64,000 nt of DNA from an uncultured Candidatus Poseidoniales archaeon (lineage in GTDB: Archaea > Thermoplasmatota > Poseidoniia > Poseidoniales > Poseidoniaceae), in NCBI GenBank assembly GCA_964015875.1, contig CAXHEV010000003.1, positions 22,947 through 86,946 of the forward strand. Reading direction: 5' to 3'. Positions 9,901-18,103 of the stretch are shown in pieces. How positions within the stretch are numbered: the stretch's first letter is position 1; each line of letters begins with the position of its first letter. A model generated the notes under the pieces. It worked only from the letters and a program-made list of their open reading frames with translations. It did no database searches and was not told where the DNA came from. The translations under genes and the position numbers were made by a program.

Positions 9901-12900
9901 TGCCATGGTGACGAAAACGGTATTGAATTCATTACAGGTGCCTTCCTTAACAGCCTCGACAAGAACCACGCTCAAGTCTTCGGTGTTCGGAATGCCTGAG
10001 CCGTTGTAGTTGCGCTTGAATTCAGTTGTTGCGTTTCCTTCAGCAAGGAACGACTGAATGGCTGCTGCAGTGTCATAAGCATTGGTTGCTCCAGCCTCGT
10101 TGACGATGGTTGTCGTGGTGTTCAACAACGAGGATTGTGGGCTGCTCAAGTTGGTGAGACCATCCGGCAACTCAAGTTCGTATGCAAAGCCTTGTCCGGG
10201 AACGGTTGTTGATGCGATCGTTGCCCAATCGAAGTAAAATTCTGGTTGTTGAATGAAGACTTCTTGAATCGGACCTGCAACGACGTTGACGTTATGAGAG
10301 TCGTTTGAACGTTCCAGTTCTGCTCCAGAATCCACATAAAATGACATATTTGACCATGAAACAGGTAGAGGTAAGCCCCCGGTTATGGGTGGATTGTTAA
10401 ATGTCATCAGCCATTCAACGGTGTCGTTAGCAAAAGCCATGTCTGCCAAATGTGTAAAGTTGGAAGATGGAAGGATAATAGTTTCAGATGGATGCACTTC
10501 GGCAATGTGTGCATAAGCTGTGCCGGTGTAGAAGTCGTTGGTGTATTGCCTCCAGCGTTGAGTTGCATCGATATCGACCACGCCGCTGGAGTTGTTCGCC
10601 CAGAAGACCACTTCTGACGCCACGAGGTCATCGGTGGGGTCAAATGGGTCAAACGGTGATCCTAAGCAATTGAGAATCCAGAATTCTTGAGTGCATTCCA
10701 AACCGTCAATCATACCACCACCATCGGTATCCGGGTTGGTCCAGTCGGTACCGGTTTGGTTTTCGATGGCATCGGGAATCAAATCGCCGTCAAAATCTGA
10801 AGGCAACAAATCATCCGTAGGGTTGTTTTCCGGGTTTGTTCCATCGAAGTATTCGTCGCGGTCACTCACACCGCCTGAATCTGTGTCAATGCTGGCGTCA
10901 TCGGTGACCCACACATCGGTCGAGCCGTTGGTGATGCCTATGTAGATGAGATCACAGCCAGTGCTGGTTTCGAAGTAATTGTTGAGACCGTCTTGATCGT
11001 CGTCGAGTAAGTTCGTACACGGCTCATTTGGATCCGTATTTGCAAAGACTTCTTCGAAATCACTTGCCCCGTCACCATCAGAATCAACAAGAGTTGGATT
11101 GGAGAACCAACCAAAGGTACCAAGCAATTCTTGCCAATCGGCTAAGCCATCACCATCGCTGTCAGAATAGTCATCATCGCAGTAATTTCGAGTTGTTGTG
11201 ATCGTTCCGTCAGTGGTTGCATCGGTATGGCAGAAGGAACCGTTGCGGTTGGCAACTTGCGTGGCGGTACCAGGGGCGGATGAAACACCCTGAATCAAAT
11301 CATTGACTACCGTTGCATAGGCAAACGGCGTCCATGTTCCAGATATGTTGAACCAACCGACACCCCCTGCAGGGTTGAAACCACTTCCATCAGCGACTTC
11401 GAGTCGCCCATTTCCGTTATTCCATGTGACAATGGTGGTTTCAAAGTTCACCAGCGAGTCACAAGGATCTGTGCCGTGAGAAACATTTTGCTCATCGCCA
11501 TCATTAATGCCACCAAAATCAGTGTCCGCAACATCCCATAGGGTGCATGAGAGGTTTTCTTCCCAATTTTGTATACCGTCGTTATCCTCATCACCTGAGT
11601 CTTCTCGACGGGTTGGGTCGGTTTCACCCGCATCGACCACGCCGTTTCCGTTGATATCTTCTTCACCATCATCGAAGGCGTCGCCATCGGTGTTGTTGTT
11701 TCGTGGATCGCTTGCTTGAGCAGGGCTTCCATATTGTCCAGCAACTTCAATGCCGTCGCTGATTCCATCACCATCTGTATCAGATGATGTCGGGTCAGTT
11801 AGCAACGTCAGAGCTTCTCGTGAATCATTGAGCCCGTCACCATCTGTGTCAGCTCGTTGAGGGTTGGTCGAAGTGATACCGTCAACTTCTGCCGTGAAGG
11901 TTGCACAGCCACCCGGACCAACGCCGCTCACCGGATCACAAGGCGAAGTGGTTTCCGTCACAAGACCAGTCGGTCCGTTACGGAAACATGGGGAGGCGCC
12001 ACACATTGTTGTCCATGTCGGGTTGATGTATTCGAGCAAGTTGTTCAAGCCGTCACCGTCTGGGTCACCGTTCGGACCGTTGTCATTGGTTGGGTCTGTT
12101 GCGTTCAATCCGTTGGCTGCTTCCCAACCATCGTCCATTCCGTCACCATCAGTGTCCCAACCTGCAACGTCTTCGTCCTCGATACCGTCACCGTCATCAT
12201 CGTTGGATGAGCAGTCTGCATCACCGTCGTTATCCGAATCGGCAGAGTCGACGAAACCGTCTTTGTCGTCATCGAACCCGTTGGTACAGATGTTTCCGAC
12301 CGGATCTTCGTCGCAAAGGATGATTGTGCCAGTGCCGTCTGAACCCGAGTCTCCACAACCTGGACGGTTGTATTGGAGAGCATTTTCTTCATCCCAGTTG
12401 TTGACTGGCACGGTTCCATTCCACCAGACACCATTGTCAAGCACACCGCTGGTGCTCGATAGATCCCAGTTCGTAGGTTGGAGATAGTTGTATTCTTGCA
12501 GATTTGACATGCCGTCGCCGTCAGGATCGCCGACAGCACCGTCGCCACCCGTGCTGGATAGCGGGTCAAGTCCATACTGCCACTCCCAACCATCTGGCAA
12601 ACCATCGTTGTCAGAATCTGGGTCGTTGGGTGCCGTGTTCATGAGATACTCAAGCCCGTAAGTCAAACCGTCGCCATCCTGGTCTGTTGCTGCAAGTGCA
12701 TCGAAGGAAACATACTGAATTGAGGCAAATGTGGAGAGCACCATCAACGCAACAAGAGCGACGGATTTGACCGTGTCTCGGTGCTGAAGGATTTGCCACT
12801 GAAAGCGCGGCTTCGAGGGGGAAGAAGGCGTACGCATGGTTGTCACAAGAACTCGGCTGTTTTGATGCCTCATAAGGCAAATGGTACGATGTTCATACAA
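3913..12900 (-). CDS. Giant (2995 aa) cell-surface protein
   Basis: A single uninterrupted 8.99 kb ORF. Architecture, N to C:
- Signal peptide: hydrophobic segment SVALVALMVLSTFASI after a possible alternative start MRTPSS at nt 12837.
- Residues ~70-760: dozens of DxDxDGxxDxxE-like Asp/Gly repeats (thrombospondin type 3 / Ca-binding style).
- Hundreds of N-x-S/T sequons.
- Residues ~985-1040: transglutaminase-like core EGTCNEFNTVFVTMARLAGLPARYVSGF ... GWIAFDA.
- Many beta-rich repeats follow.
- C-terminal hydrophobic helix VYVLALLIAAAAAAGTVLY followed by RRRK.
- A ~115 aa cytoplasmic tail with a TVREF motif resembling DUF4129. Confidence 0.85.
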   Translation of the reverse strand: MYEHRTICLMRHQNSRVLVTTMRTPSSPSKPRFQWQILQHRDTVKSVALVALMVLSTFASIQYVSFDALAATDQDGDGLTYGLEYLMNTAPNDPDSDNDGLPDGWEWQYGLDPLSSTGGDGAVGDPDGDGMSNLQEYNYLQPTNWDLSSTSGVLDNGVWWNGTVPVNNWDEENALQYNRPGCGDSGSDGTGTIILCDEDPVGNICTNGFDDDKDGFVDSADSDNDGDADCSSNDDDGDGIEDEDVAGWDTDGDGMDDGWEAANGLNATDPTNDNGPNGDPDGDGLNNLLEYINPTWTTMCGASPCFRNGPTGLVTETTSPCDPVSGVGPGGCATFTAEVDGITSTNPQRADTDGDGLNDSREALTLLTDPTSSDTDGDGISDGIEVAGQYGSPAQASDPRNNNTDGDAFDDGEEDINGNGVVDAGETDPTRREDSGDEDNDGIQNWEENLSCTLWDVADTDFGGINDGDEQNVSHGTDPCDSLVNFETTIVTWNNGNGRLEVADGSGFNPAGGVGWFNISGTWTPFAYATVVNDLIQGVSSAPGTATQVANRNGSFCHTDATTDGTITTTRNYCDDDYSDSDGDGLADWQELLGTFGWFSNPTLVDSDGDGASDFEEVFANTDPNEPCTNLLDDDQDGLNNYFETSTGCDLIYIGITNGSTDVWVTDDASIDTDSGGVSDRDEYFDGTNPENNPTDDLLPSDFDGDLIPDAIENQTGTDWTNPDTDGGGMIDGLECTQEFWILNCLGSPFDPFDPTDDLVASEVVFWANNSSGVVDIDATQRWRQYTNDFYTGTAYAHIAEVHPSETIILPSSNFTHLADMAFANDTVEWLMTFNNPPITGGLPLPVSWSNMSFYVDSGAELERSNDSHNVNVVAGPIQEVFIQQPEFYFDWATIASTTVPGQGFAYELELPDGLTNLSSPQSSLLNTTTTIVNEAGATNAYDTAAAIQSFLAEGNATTEFKRNYNGSGIPNTEDLSVVLVEAVKEGTCNEFNTVFVTMARLAGLPARYVSGFAGGTWNGDGYAVFPQDRTTWGEVRLQQNSANGNTDLGWIAFDACPAAEEIEIVNQTISTLVWDREGASSINVTGQLRFATNSTPITDLPMVGYLVPLAEVGGVPGPAAIPNYEIGALITDQNGTFEFIGAPLEPGAPGIHRVVIKHIQSGYVSEDGIIYDGYVNVTDDALINHTGPNAINAPIVGAGATTIVTGQLSLENTPANVFSSIASSDSVPEVWLSFTSSINGSVNLTSAVGFDGSWSIEVELDPLETQTNLSATLGFSGWQDASEPSITPVQFHLRPTTKSILLDIRDAPTLTATLEGPLANKSIIQIDDNIWVNGSALTSGANPVAMLGNLSFSMRSVGSGTDWIEVFNQTVNGTFSVQHFLTAGVAQIAAGEIELQVRFYPDSIEATDDANMSAGAPYLLRGWLQFTSQSVSQLRNTEAVVLVSMVDHRGVDTDLLASGNFDFSFNGSWVNTTVDPESETITLNWLLDSDMYAGDYQLDISYNGSDLYQPSVGVTSVRVAAEVGWNITLAQDWTHLGNSTYIFGDIFDAVHTNRKVLGDNITMLSLIMTTIEGQPIDLAQGLLNNTTSEYNLSFTVPTTSPSNAYEFILNMDFENQAPVGGPYYRFVDTTVPPATPTLPSTLVGFESEFVVDTGQRNLLVEVNGSLDFNVTVTDVADDSNISDATVEFIFDYGRTNVSVGTAISDEAGFASTGWTASGIAPGYYDVLMIVYDDLSDPLAVGNTRRTGNSTLVNLTVQVPSNFRIDSIPTTVTAGLNFNVLGQVLDGDDATRPLIAPVELSAFWLSNPDELLVGSYQTAVNGTFNMSIPTDTSGNGTLRGNKVLVISVIEGSSPFYLTASTQNGMLVMGVSRFENIQPLNPILVNRGDEVNISARLVESSNLFLPLGGYDVDIEFHESWLPGTQTDGEGFANFSYLVPTTHPLGLITVTMVFNGSVDLLATNVNLSSITIRSTTILVVDTITANPVAGTSFNVTGTVQSDNGSGLELRDGSLLPANILFAVNDQPVGFTVSGGTVQTGGLWSATITLGAAFPAGTNRIEASFIPGVNYYIGSEANTTFDSRGFTTLLFIKPALDGIGDPSLNDRTERGNNVSFQILLRDNTDTAVGNQQVLVGLPGLALSSFTTFANGTAIGSISVPENLSVGPTDLYVEFAGTPGTTGLVGSNETTQFVVLGQTNLSITEAPTTLTAGDAFVVNGTLMDDLGQPLFINGVPSLAVVHLLVDGVPVSSIETDAQTGAFTLGWTLPEDTTAGAHLIEVRFLGGRDWVDPIGVGDLINPDYYLPSSDQVNFNVSVPTKILLLTPGGEVNREATMTIQGRLLDLVDEPLPGLTIEVWLGGEWMTNVTTDANGTFTAIYPVPSDATLGPLLLETRFTGTTFYLPSEASGTWTIYSPVQVTVSMESPVAVAENITISGSVVDNQLLGIEGHTVDLSVEGVLLASVLTDANGDFTFDWYVPDIFSFGNHTLEARADAQGFYRSNAGNTTFFLAHRSDITLIFDDGRDATRGDTWSLSGRLFDIDTVNNDGLPSMLVSIRLDDVEVATSVTLADGTWSAIVPATMELTRGEHTFTVAFAGTSAHLEASTSATALVWSNTKITIDGTSENIVIRSDDVFSPIVLTGSVSEIGGQGEVFNNLTLYLGNGSDCVSKREGARCLENIQIAWNNGNFSMNGIAPAWMNAGGQYLHIDSPRNDVLYLNGASESHLIYVKVNADIVPSINTVIEGEQEDIAGNVVITALDTNLGVSDVKVTIYLYNASGVQLSTPKQPLTDENGVASFEFNSDPPYGEASTWGEVYLEIIVDDPRLSEQSKTAFNARAEESPWAPLYNYEEVSEPVPTWVYVLALLIAAAAAAGTVLYRRRKTQELMEEAAEIFAYTAELLAAGDSVREAIFTCYQNLCTAFQQHGFLRRDFETVREFEMAIRQAMPQISEDALVALDNMFEQARYSREELGTQHQAAAQQALERMGQEISGLTKVPVR
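10620..12690 (-). repeat. Asp-rich thrombospondin-type-3-like Ca-binding repeat array within the giant protein gene
   Basis: Translated residues ~70-760 contain reiterated D-x-D-x-D-G-x-x-D units (DTDGDGMDDGWE, DPDGDGLNNLLE, DSDGDGASDFEE and similar). Confidence 0.5.
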
Positions 12901-12992
12901 TGCTCAGTTTAAGGGTTTGAAAACAAAAATCATCAAGCCTCAAAAATAAGACTCAGTCTATCGTTTTTCTCAAGACTTAGCACGTGGTCTGC

Positions 12993-15941
12993 TCAAAGAG
13001 CTTCAAGTTCATCCAAAAGTTCGAGATCGTCATCGTCGTCTTCTTCTAGCACGGGTTCTGGAAGGTCGCTTTCCAATGGTTCGAGTTCCTTCTCATCTTC
13101 GTATTCGAATGTTTCTTCTTCAAAAATTGTACCTGAAGCCTGACCGCGCCTGTAAACTGCAAAGATGAATGCAGCACACAATCCAAGTCCCAAAACAAGC
13201 GTTTGTGGTTCGGGGTTGACCAGTTCGTTAACAAAACAACTGGGGCCTTCGCAGGAGGTTTGGTAAGTCTGTTTGCTGGTTTGTGTAAAATCGCTATCGT
13301 ATGGGACCTCTTCATCCATAGGCGTCACCTTGAGGTCGAATTGCACCGTTTCGCCGTTCTTCAGATTATTTGGCGGGGTGATGGCTAATGAGAAATCTTT
13401 GCTTGAATAAGCAGGGAGGGTCAGCAGCAAGAAACTACCACCTGTCTGGTCGGACGATGCTCGCACGAGAACATCCCAACCTTGTGGCTCATTTTCAAGT
13501 GTGATTACAACATCCAGTGGGATGTTGTTTTGATTATCAATGCTGTATTCGACCGTCTGGAATTCACCCGAGGTGAAACGGACAACTGAGCTGCTTGTGT
13601 CAGTGATTTCGAGACGACCAGGTTGGACATCTTCTCTGACTTGAACAGTCACTGGCAAATCGAAGTATCGGGCATCTTGGGCATCAACACCCTCTTCAAC
13701 AACCCGAACGTAAACAGTGTGGTTTCCTGCTTCCACCTTGTCACCAATGGTCACATCGAGTTTGAGGTCTGCATATTGGTCGGATTCAAGATAAACGACG
13801 ACGATATCGGACTGAGAGCCATTCGAAATGTCGTAGTTCCACGAGCCGTAAGGTGAATCGTCCTCGTTATTTCTGTCGAGGTCTTCTGGATTGATGATTC
13901 GCCATGTGGTTTGGCCAATTGTATCGCTTGAATCAGTGATACGCATCTGATACCACAACGAGGATCCCGGGCTCACTGGACCAACGGTGCCCAGTGTTCC
14001 ACTGTCGGAATCGGCTGTGACCTCGACAAGAACACCAAACGTGCGATGCACTGTGAAGGCAACCGAGGTACTGAGTTCAGAATCACCTTGACTGGCAATA
14101 CTGATGGAAACAAGCCCGATGTCTTGAGCGTCTCGTTCCGATGGTGGGAAGACTTCCATACGAACGGTTAGAATCTGGTGGGAGCCGATATCAGGCGTCA
14201 CTGAGTGGATGCCTTCCTCGACCAACTCAAGTCCTGTTTCGTTGTCATAGAACTTGTATTGCCACGCATCCGGTAGTTCGGTCACGCGCAACTTGAATGC
14301 GTCTGTAATGAATCCAGAATTGAAGACGTCAATGAAGAAATCACCGCTGACATCACCTGAATCCACATAGTGTGATAACAGTTCATCGTAGGCTTCTGGG
14401 CGTGTCGAGTCTGCAATCTGCTTCTGATGTTCATCATCCTCAAACACAGCGATCCTCGGAGGTGAAAGGACGTCGGATTCCTCGACATCGAGGACAATGG
14501 TTTCCACAGCAACTTCCACTGTTTGACCTTCGGTGTTTTCAGCGTAGGCACGCGCCTCGATTTCAAGGGTGTTTGGAGCCGAAGTAAGGTCATCATCTGG
14601 CACTTCAATGCTCAAAATTGGACGAGCAAAAGTACCGCCACCTGAGAGGCTGTAGCCTCCAGGCTGATCCCAAACAGGATCTGACCAGGTTGAGGGCAGC
14701 GAGCGTGAAAGAGAAAACACGACGTCCAATTGAGAGGAACTCGCCCCGGTGTGTTCAATCAAGAATTCAACACTGGAAGTCTGACCGGGTGCAATCAAAA
14801 TGACATCAGGTTGACTTTCAGGGAGCGTCAGGTAGACGTCATGCTCAACGAACTCGATACCGCTGTGTTCAAACACCAAGGTGTGACCTTGAACGTCACT
14901 GATTTCAAGGCGGAGTGGGTATTCTCCAGCAGCGATTCCGGTTTCGTATTGGAAGGTGTAGTTTCCAACTAGGCCGTTGTTGTCGAGCTTCAAATCGTCA
15001 TCATCGAAGGACTTCGAAAAGACCGTCCCGGCTTCGTTCGGTGTTGTCATCACAAGGTCCACGCCTTGGATGTCGTCCCTGCCAAAGGCGTCTCTGACAT
15101 CGACCGAAAACTGCATGTTTCGGAACTCAGGTCGATGTGCAGGCGACCATTCAGTCACCTCTGGTTCTAGGAAACCGCCGCCGGGGCGGTGAACCTTGAC
15201 CACGGAATTTGCAAGTGCGTTTGCTTTCATTTCAAGTTTTGAATACCCGTTGGTTTGTTCAACATCACCGAAAGCAACGTTGACTTCACAATTGCCACCA
15301 CCCAATCCGCCACCGCCACTGCTTTCGCAGGTTGCTTGTGCATCGACGTTGAGCCGGAGTTGTTTCCCGTTGGCCACGGTGAAGCCATCAGAGGGAACGT
15401 CGAAGTCGACAATGGAAGAGGTCCAAGAGCACGAACTCGTACCGAATGTACCACCAGTACACGGATCATCAAGTGTTTCAGAAACGGAATCTACTTCCGA
15501 ATCACCGGACTTGAGTGAGTAGGTAATGTCTGCCGTCGAGCCTTGTGATCCCCTGAATTGAAGGAACAGGGTGAGTGTGACCTTGTCGGTGTTATCTCGA
15601 CCATAGACAAGTAAATCGGAGATCATTTCAGCACTTCTGAATTCAACGCCACCAAAAGCACTGGCTTCTTGGTGGGCACCCGTTGGCTCGAGGGTCGTAA
15701 TCGATCCTTCTCCGCCGCTTTCGCTGTTTGCCTCATCAAGGTAGAGATTGTATGACTGACATGTTGAACATGAAGAAGCTGAGTTCATCTGAACGGTTGA
15801 CTCCTCCAATGTTTCTGCTTCGACAGATTCAACATTTACGCTGGTCTGAAGAGGTGCAACACCGCCCAGCATGATCAAAACGAGCAGGACTGCCAAAAAT
15901 CGGCCATTGGGGGATGAAATTGAAGTCATCAAGGTGTTCAC
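12993..15941 (-). CDS. Large (982 aa) type-I membrane/surface protein with acidic cytoplasmic tail
   Basis: N-terminal signal/anchor helix LAVLLVLIMLGGVAPL. Long beta-rich, Ser/Thr/Asp-rich ectodomain with many N-x-S/T sequons. C-terminal TM helix LVLGLGLCAAFIFAVY followed by RRG. Then an extremely acidic tail (EEETFEYEDEKELEPLESDLPEPVLEEDDDDDLELLDELEAL). Same strand and immediately upstream of the giant gene, with a 92-nt gap. Confidence 0.8.
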   Translation of the reverse strand: MNTLMTSISSPNGRFLAVLLVLIMLGGVAPLQTSVNVESVEAETLEESTVQMNSASSCSTCQSYNLYLDEANSESGGEGSITTLEPTGAHQEASAFGGVEFRSAEMISDLLVYGRDNTDKVTLTLFLQFRGSQGSTADITYSLKSGDSEVDSVSETLDDPCTGGTFGTSSCSWTSSIVDFDVPSDGFTVANGKQLRLNVDAQATCESSGGGGLGGGNCEVNVAFGDVEQTNGYSKLEMKANALANSVVKVHRPGGGFLEPEVTEWSPAHRPEFRNMQFSVDVRDAFGRDDIQGVDLVMTTPNEAGTVFSKSFDDDDLKLDNNGLVGNYTFQYETGIAAGEYPLRLEISDVQGHTLVFEHSGIEFVEHDVYLTLPESQPDVILIAPGQTSSVEFLIEHTGASSSQLDVVFSLSRSLPSTWSDPVWDQPGGYSLSGGGTFARPILSIEVPDDDLTSAPNTLEIEARAYAENTEGQTVEVAVETIVLDVEESDVLSPPRIAVFEDDEHQKQIADSTRPEAYDELLSHYVDSGDVSGDFFIDVFNSGFITDAFKLRVTELPDAWQYKFYDNETGLELVEEGIHSVTPDIGSHQILTVRMEVFPPSERDAQDIGLVSISIASQGDSELSTSVAFTVHRTFGVLVEVTADSDSGTLGTVGPVSPGSSLWYQMRITDSSDTIGQTTWRIINPEDLDRNNEDDSPYGSWNYDISNGSQSDIVVVYLESDQYADLKLDVTIGDKVEAGNHTVYVRVVEEGVDAQDARYFDLPVTVQVREDVQPGRLEITDTSSSVVRFTSGEFQTVEYSIDNQNNIPLDVVITLENEPQGWDVLVRASSDQTGGSFLLLTLPAYSSKDFSLAITPPNNLKNGETVQFDLKVTPMDEEVPYDSDFTQTSKQTYQTSCEGPSCFVNELVNPEPQTLVLGLGLCAAFIFAVYRRGQASGTIFEEETFEYEDEKELEPLESDLPEPVLEEDDDDDLELLDELEAL

Positions 15942-16034
15942 CGTACCGTCCTGTTCAACCGACTGTTAAACGGTTTTGCATTGTTTGTTCGGACAAACCC
16001 CCTCTACGAGGGGGAGGAAGGGGTTGGAATGTAA

Positions 16035-16118
16035 TGCAGGGGGTGGGATACGAACCCACGAACCCATACGGGACCGGATCTTAAGCCCGGCGCCTTTGAC
16101 CACCTCAGCCACCCCTGC
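16035..16118 (-). tRNA. tRNA-Leu (anticodon UAA), no intron, CCA not encoded
   Basis: The reverse complement folds as a canonical class II tRNA:
- Acceptor GCAGGGG/CCCCTGC with discriminator A.
- D arm GCT..GGC.
- Anticodon stem CCGGG/TCCGG with loop CTTAAGA (anticodon TAA).
- Long variable arm CCC-GTAT-GGG.
- T arm GTGGG-TTCGTAT-CCCAC.
Very close to haloarchaeal tRNA-Leu(UAA) from memory. Confidence 0.85.
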
Positions 16119-16168
16119 AGTCGGTCCACAGGACCACATGATTTGAAGAAAACCCCTGCTCAAGTTGC

Positions 16169-16915
16169 TCAAGGCGCAACTGACCAACCGCCATCAACTT
16201 CGATGACTTGGCCTGAAAGATAGGTCGAACGAACCAAAAATGACACGGCGTTTGCAACATCTTCGGGCGCACCACCTCGGCCGAGTGGAACCTTTTCGAT
16301 CACTGATGCAAAGTGTTCAGCCTCCCAAGGGGCCGCCATAATTGCGCCCGGTGCAACACAATTGACCCGGACTTCTGGTGCTAAGTCGCCAGCGAGGTTC
16401 ATCATTAACTGACGCAGTCCTGCTTTCGAAGTTGTGTAGTGGGCAAGATCTTTCCAAGCGCGATGAAGCGAGGTATCAATCATACCAATCACACATCCGG
16501 AAGCAGCCTTGAGCGATTGTGTGAATGCTTGTGTAAGGACGAAGGGAACCTCGATATGGATTCTGTTGTTGAGGCGGAGTTCTTCAAGGGAAACCGATTG
16601 GTAGTCCTTTGAATTATAGATTGAAGCGTTGTGAATCAAGACACCCAAACCAACGGCATTTTGAGCCTCGAGAACCTCACGGGTTTGGTCGATGAGAGAT
16701 TGAAGACCTTCGTCGGTAGAAAGATCAGCAATGACGACTTCGCCACACGCTTCTCCGTTTTTCTGTTGAGAAGCATCAGCAAGCAAGCGTTGAGCGTCTT
16801 CCACCGAGGAGCGAACATGGACAATAACATACCATCCCTCTTCGATGAGTGTTGAACAAATCTGTGCCCCAATTCGGCGCCCCCCTCCAGTCACAAGAGC
16901 AACGCCTTTCGCCAT
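16169..16915 (-). CDS. Short-chain dehydrogenase/reductase (SDR) family oxidoreductase
   Basis: N-terminal TGGGRRIG dinucleotide-binding motif (VALVTGGGRRIGAQI). Catalytic YxxxK (YTTSKAG). Length 248 aa. Confidence 0.8.
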   Translation of the reverse strand: MAKGVALVTGGGRRIGAQICSTLIEEGWYVIVHVRSSVEDAQRLLADASQQKNGEACGEVVIADLSTDEGLQSLIDQTREVLEAQNAVGLGVLIHNASIYNSKDYQSVSLEELRLNNRIHIEVPFVLTQAFTQSLKAASGCVIGMIDTSLHRAWKDLAHYTTSKAGLRQLMMNLAGDLAPEVRVNCVAPGAIMAAPWEAEHFASVIEKVPLGRGGAPEDVANAVSFLVRSTYLSGQVIEVDGGWSVAP

Positions 16916-17065
16916 GGTTCGTCGTGAGGTTCATTGCTCATCAATGCTCGTTCAGCCCCAAATGCCAATCGTTAGAGTTTGTTTCACCCCTGAATGGGCG
17001 ATACAAACCCTACGGCGCACCTTTTTGAGAGGCAAGCCGTGGGGGAACCATAGGGGGGAGAATCT

Positions 17066-18094
17066 ATGCCGGGCAAACCACTACCTATGGCGAAGCAACT
17101 CCCACCTGCATTGAGGCCTAAACCAAAGCGTGAACGACTCCCACCATGGTTCAAAACAGCACTTCCATCTGGCGAACAACAGGCTATTTTTAACAGCACG
17201 AAGGCAGCGGTAAAAGACAACACATTGCACACCGTCTGTCAAGAGGCACGCTGCCCGAATATTCACGACTGTTGGGCCAGTGGCGATGCCACCTTCATGA
17301 TTGCAGGACAAGAATGCACCAGAGGGTGCCGATTCTGTGCTGTTGGCACGATCAAGACACCTCCTCCCTTGGATTCTGATGAACCAACCAACCTTGCCAA
17401 TGCTGTCGAATCGATGAACTTGCGACACGCAGTCATTACAGTTGTCAACCGAGATGACCTTCCTGACAGCGGAGCCGACCATTACAAGCAATGCATTCAA
17501 GCCGTCCACGACCGCCAACCACATGTCTCTCTCGAACTGCTCTGCTCGGATTTGGCAGGTGATCATGATGCACTCGCCCATCTCCTCGATGGCAGTCCAC
17601 TTTCCGTCTTCGCTCACAATGTCGAATGTGTCCCCAGGCTCGATGCAACCGTGCGCGACCATCGTGCATCTTTTTCACAATCACTTGAAATCCTAAGAAC
17701 AGCTAAACAACTGCGCCCAGACATCCTCACAAAATCATCGGTCATGGTCGGTGTCGGAGAGACCGATGAAGAAATCACCGAGGTGCTTGGCATGCTCAGA
17801 GAAGCGGGTGTCGATTTGGTAACCATTGGTCAGTACCTTGCACCATCATCCAAACATCTCGCTGTCGACCGCTTTCCGGAACCAGACATGTACGATCAAT
17901 GGGCACAACATGCCATTGCCATTGGATTCTCTGGGATAGCGAGTGGCCCACTGGTTCGGTCCTCGTTCAAGGCTGGACTTTTGCTTAGGAAAACACAAGA
18001 CCCGAACAACTCAGAATCAATGCCAGGAGCATACGTCTATGTGGCCCACCAAGGAAACGAGGCACCGGTACACCTTAAGAGCGGGATGGAATGA
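17066..18094 (+). CDS. lipA: Lipoyl synthase (radical SAM)
   Basis: N-terminal auxiliary-cluster Cys motif (CQEARCPNIHDCW). Radical-SAM CxxxCxxC (CTRGCRFC). Conserved LipA core throughout. Confidence 0.9.
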   Translation: MPGKPLPMAKQLPPALRPKPKRERLPPWFKTALPSGEQQAIFNSTKAAVKDNTLHTVCQEARCPNIHDCWASGDATFMIAGQECTRGCRFCAVGTIKTPPPLDSDEPTNLANAVESMNLRHAVITVVNRDDLPDSGADHYKQCIQAVHDRQPHVSLELLCSDLAGDHDALAHLLDGSPLSVFAHNVECVPRLDATVRDHRASFSQSLEILRTAKQLRPDILTKSSVMVGVGETDEEITEVLGMLREAGVDLVTIGQYLAPSSKHLAVDRFPEPDMYDQWAQHAIAIGFSGIASGPLVRSSFKAGLLLRKTQDPNNSESMPGAYVYVAHQGNEAPVHLKSGME

Positions 18095-18103
18095 GGGGAT
18101 TCA

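Noticed and set aside
4940-12605. Many 60-200 aa ORFs on the plus strand or in alternate frames inside the giant gene (e.g. 4940..5419, 9418..9999, 11864..12487, 12105..12605)
   Set aside because: They lie antisense or out-of-frame within a continuous 8.99 kb ORF with coherent repeat architecture. Low-complexity Asp/Ser/Thr coding generates long open frames by chance.
15966-16187. 73-aa ORF on the minus strand
   Set aside because: It completely overlaps the well-folded tRNA-Leu(UAA) at 16035..16118.
17081-17662. 193-aa antisense ORF
   Set aside because: It lies opposite lipA, which has unmistakable radical-SAM motifs.
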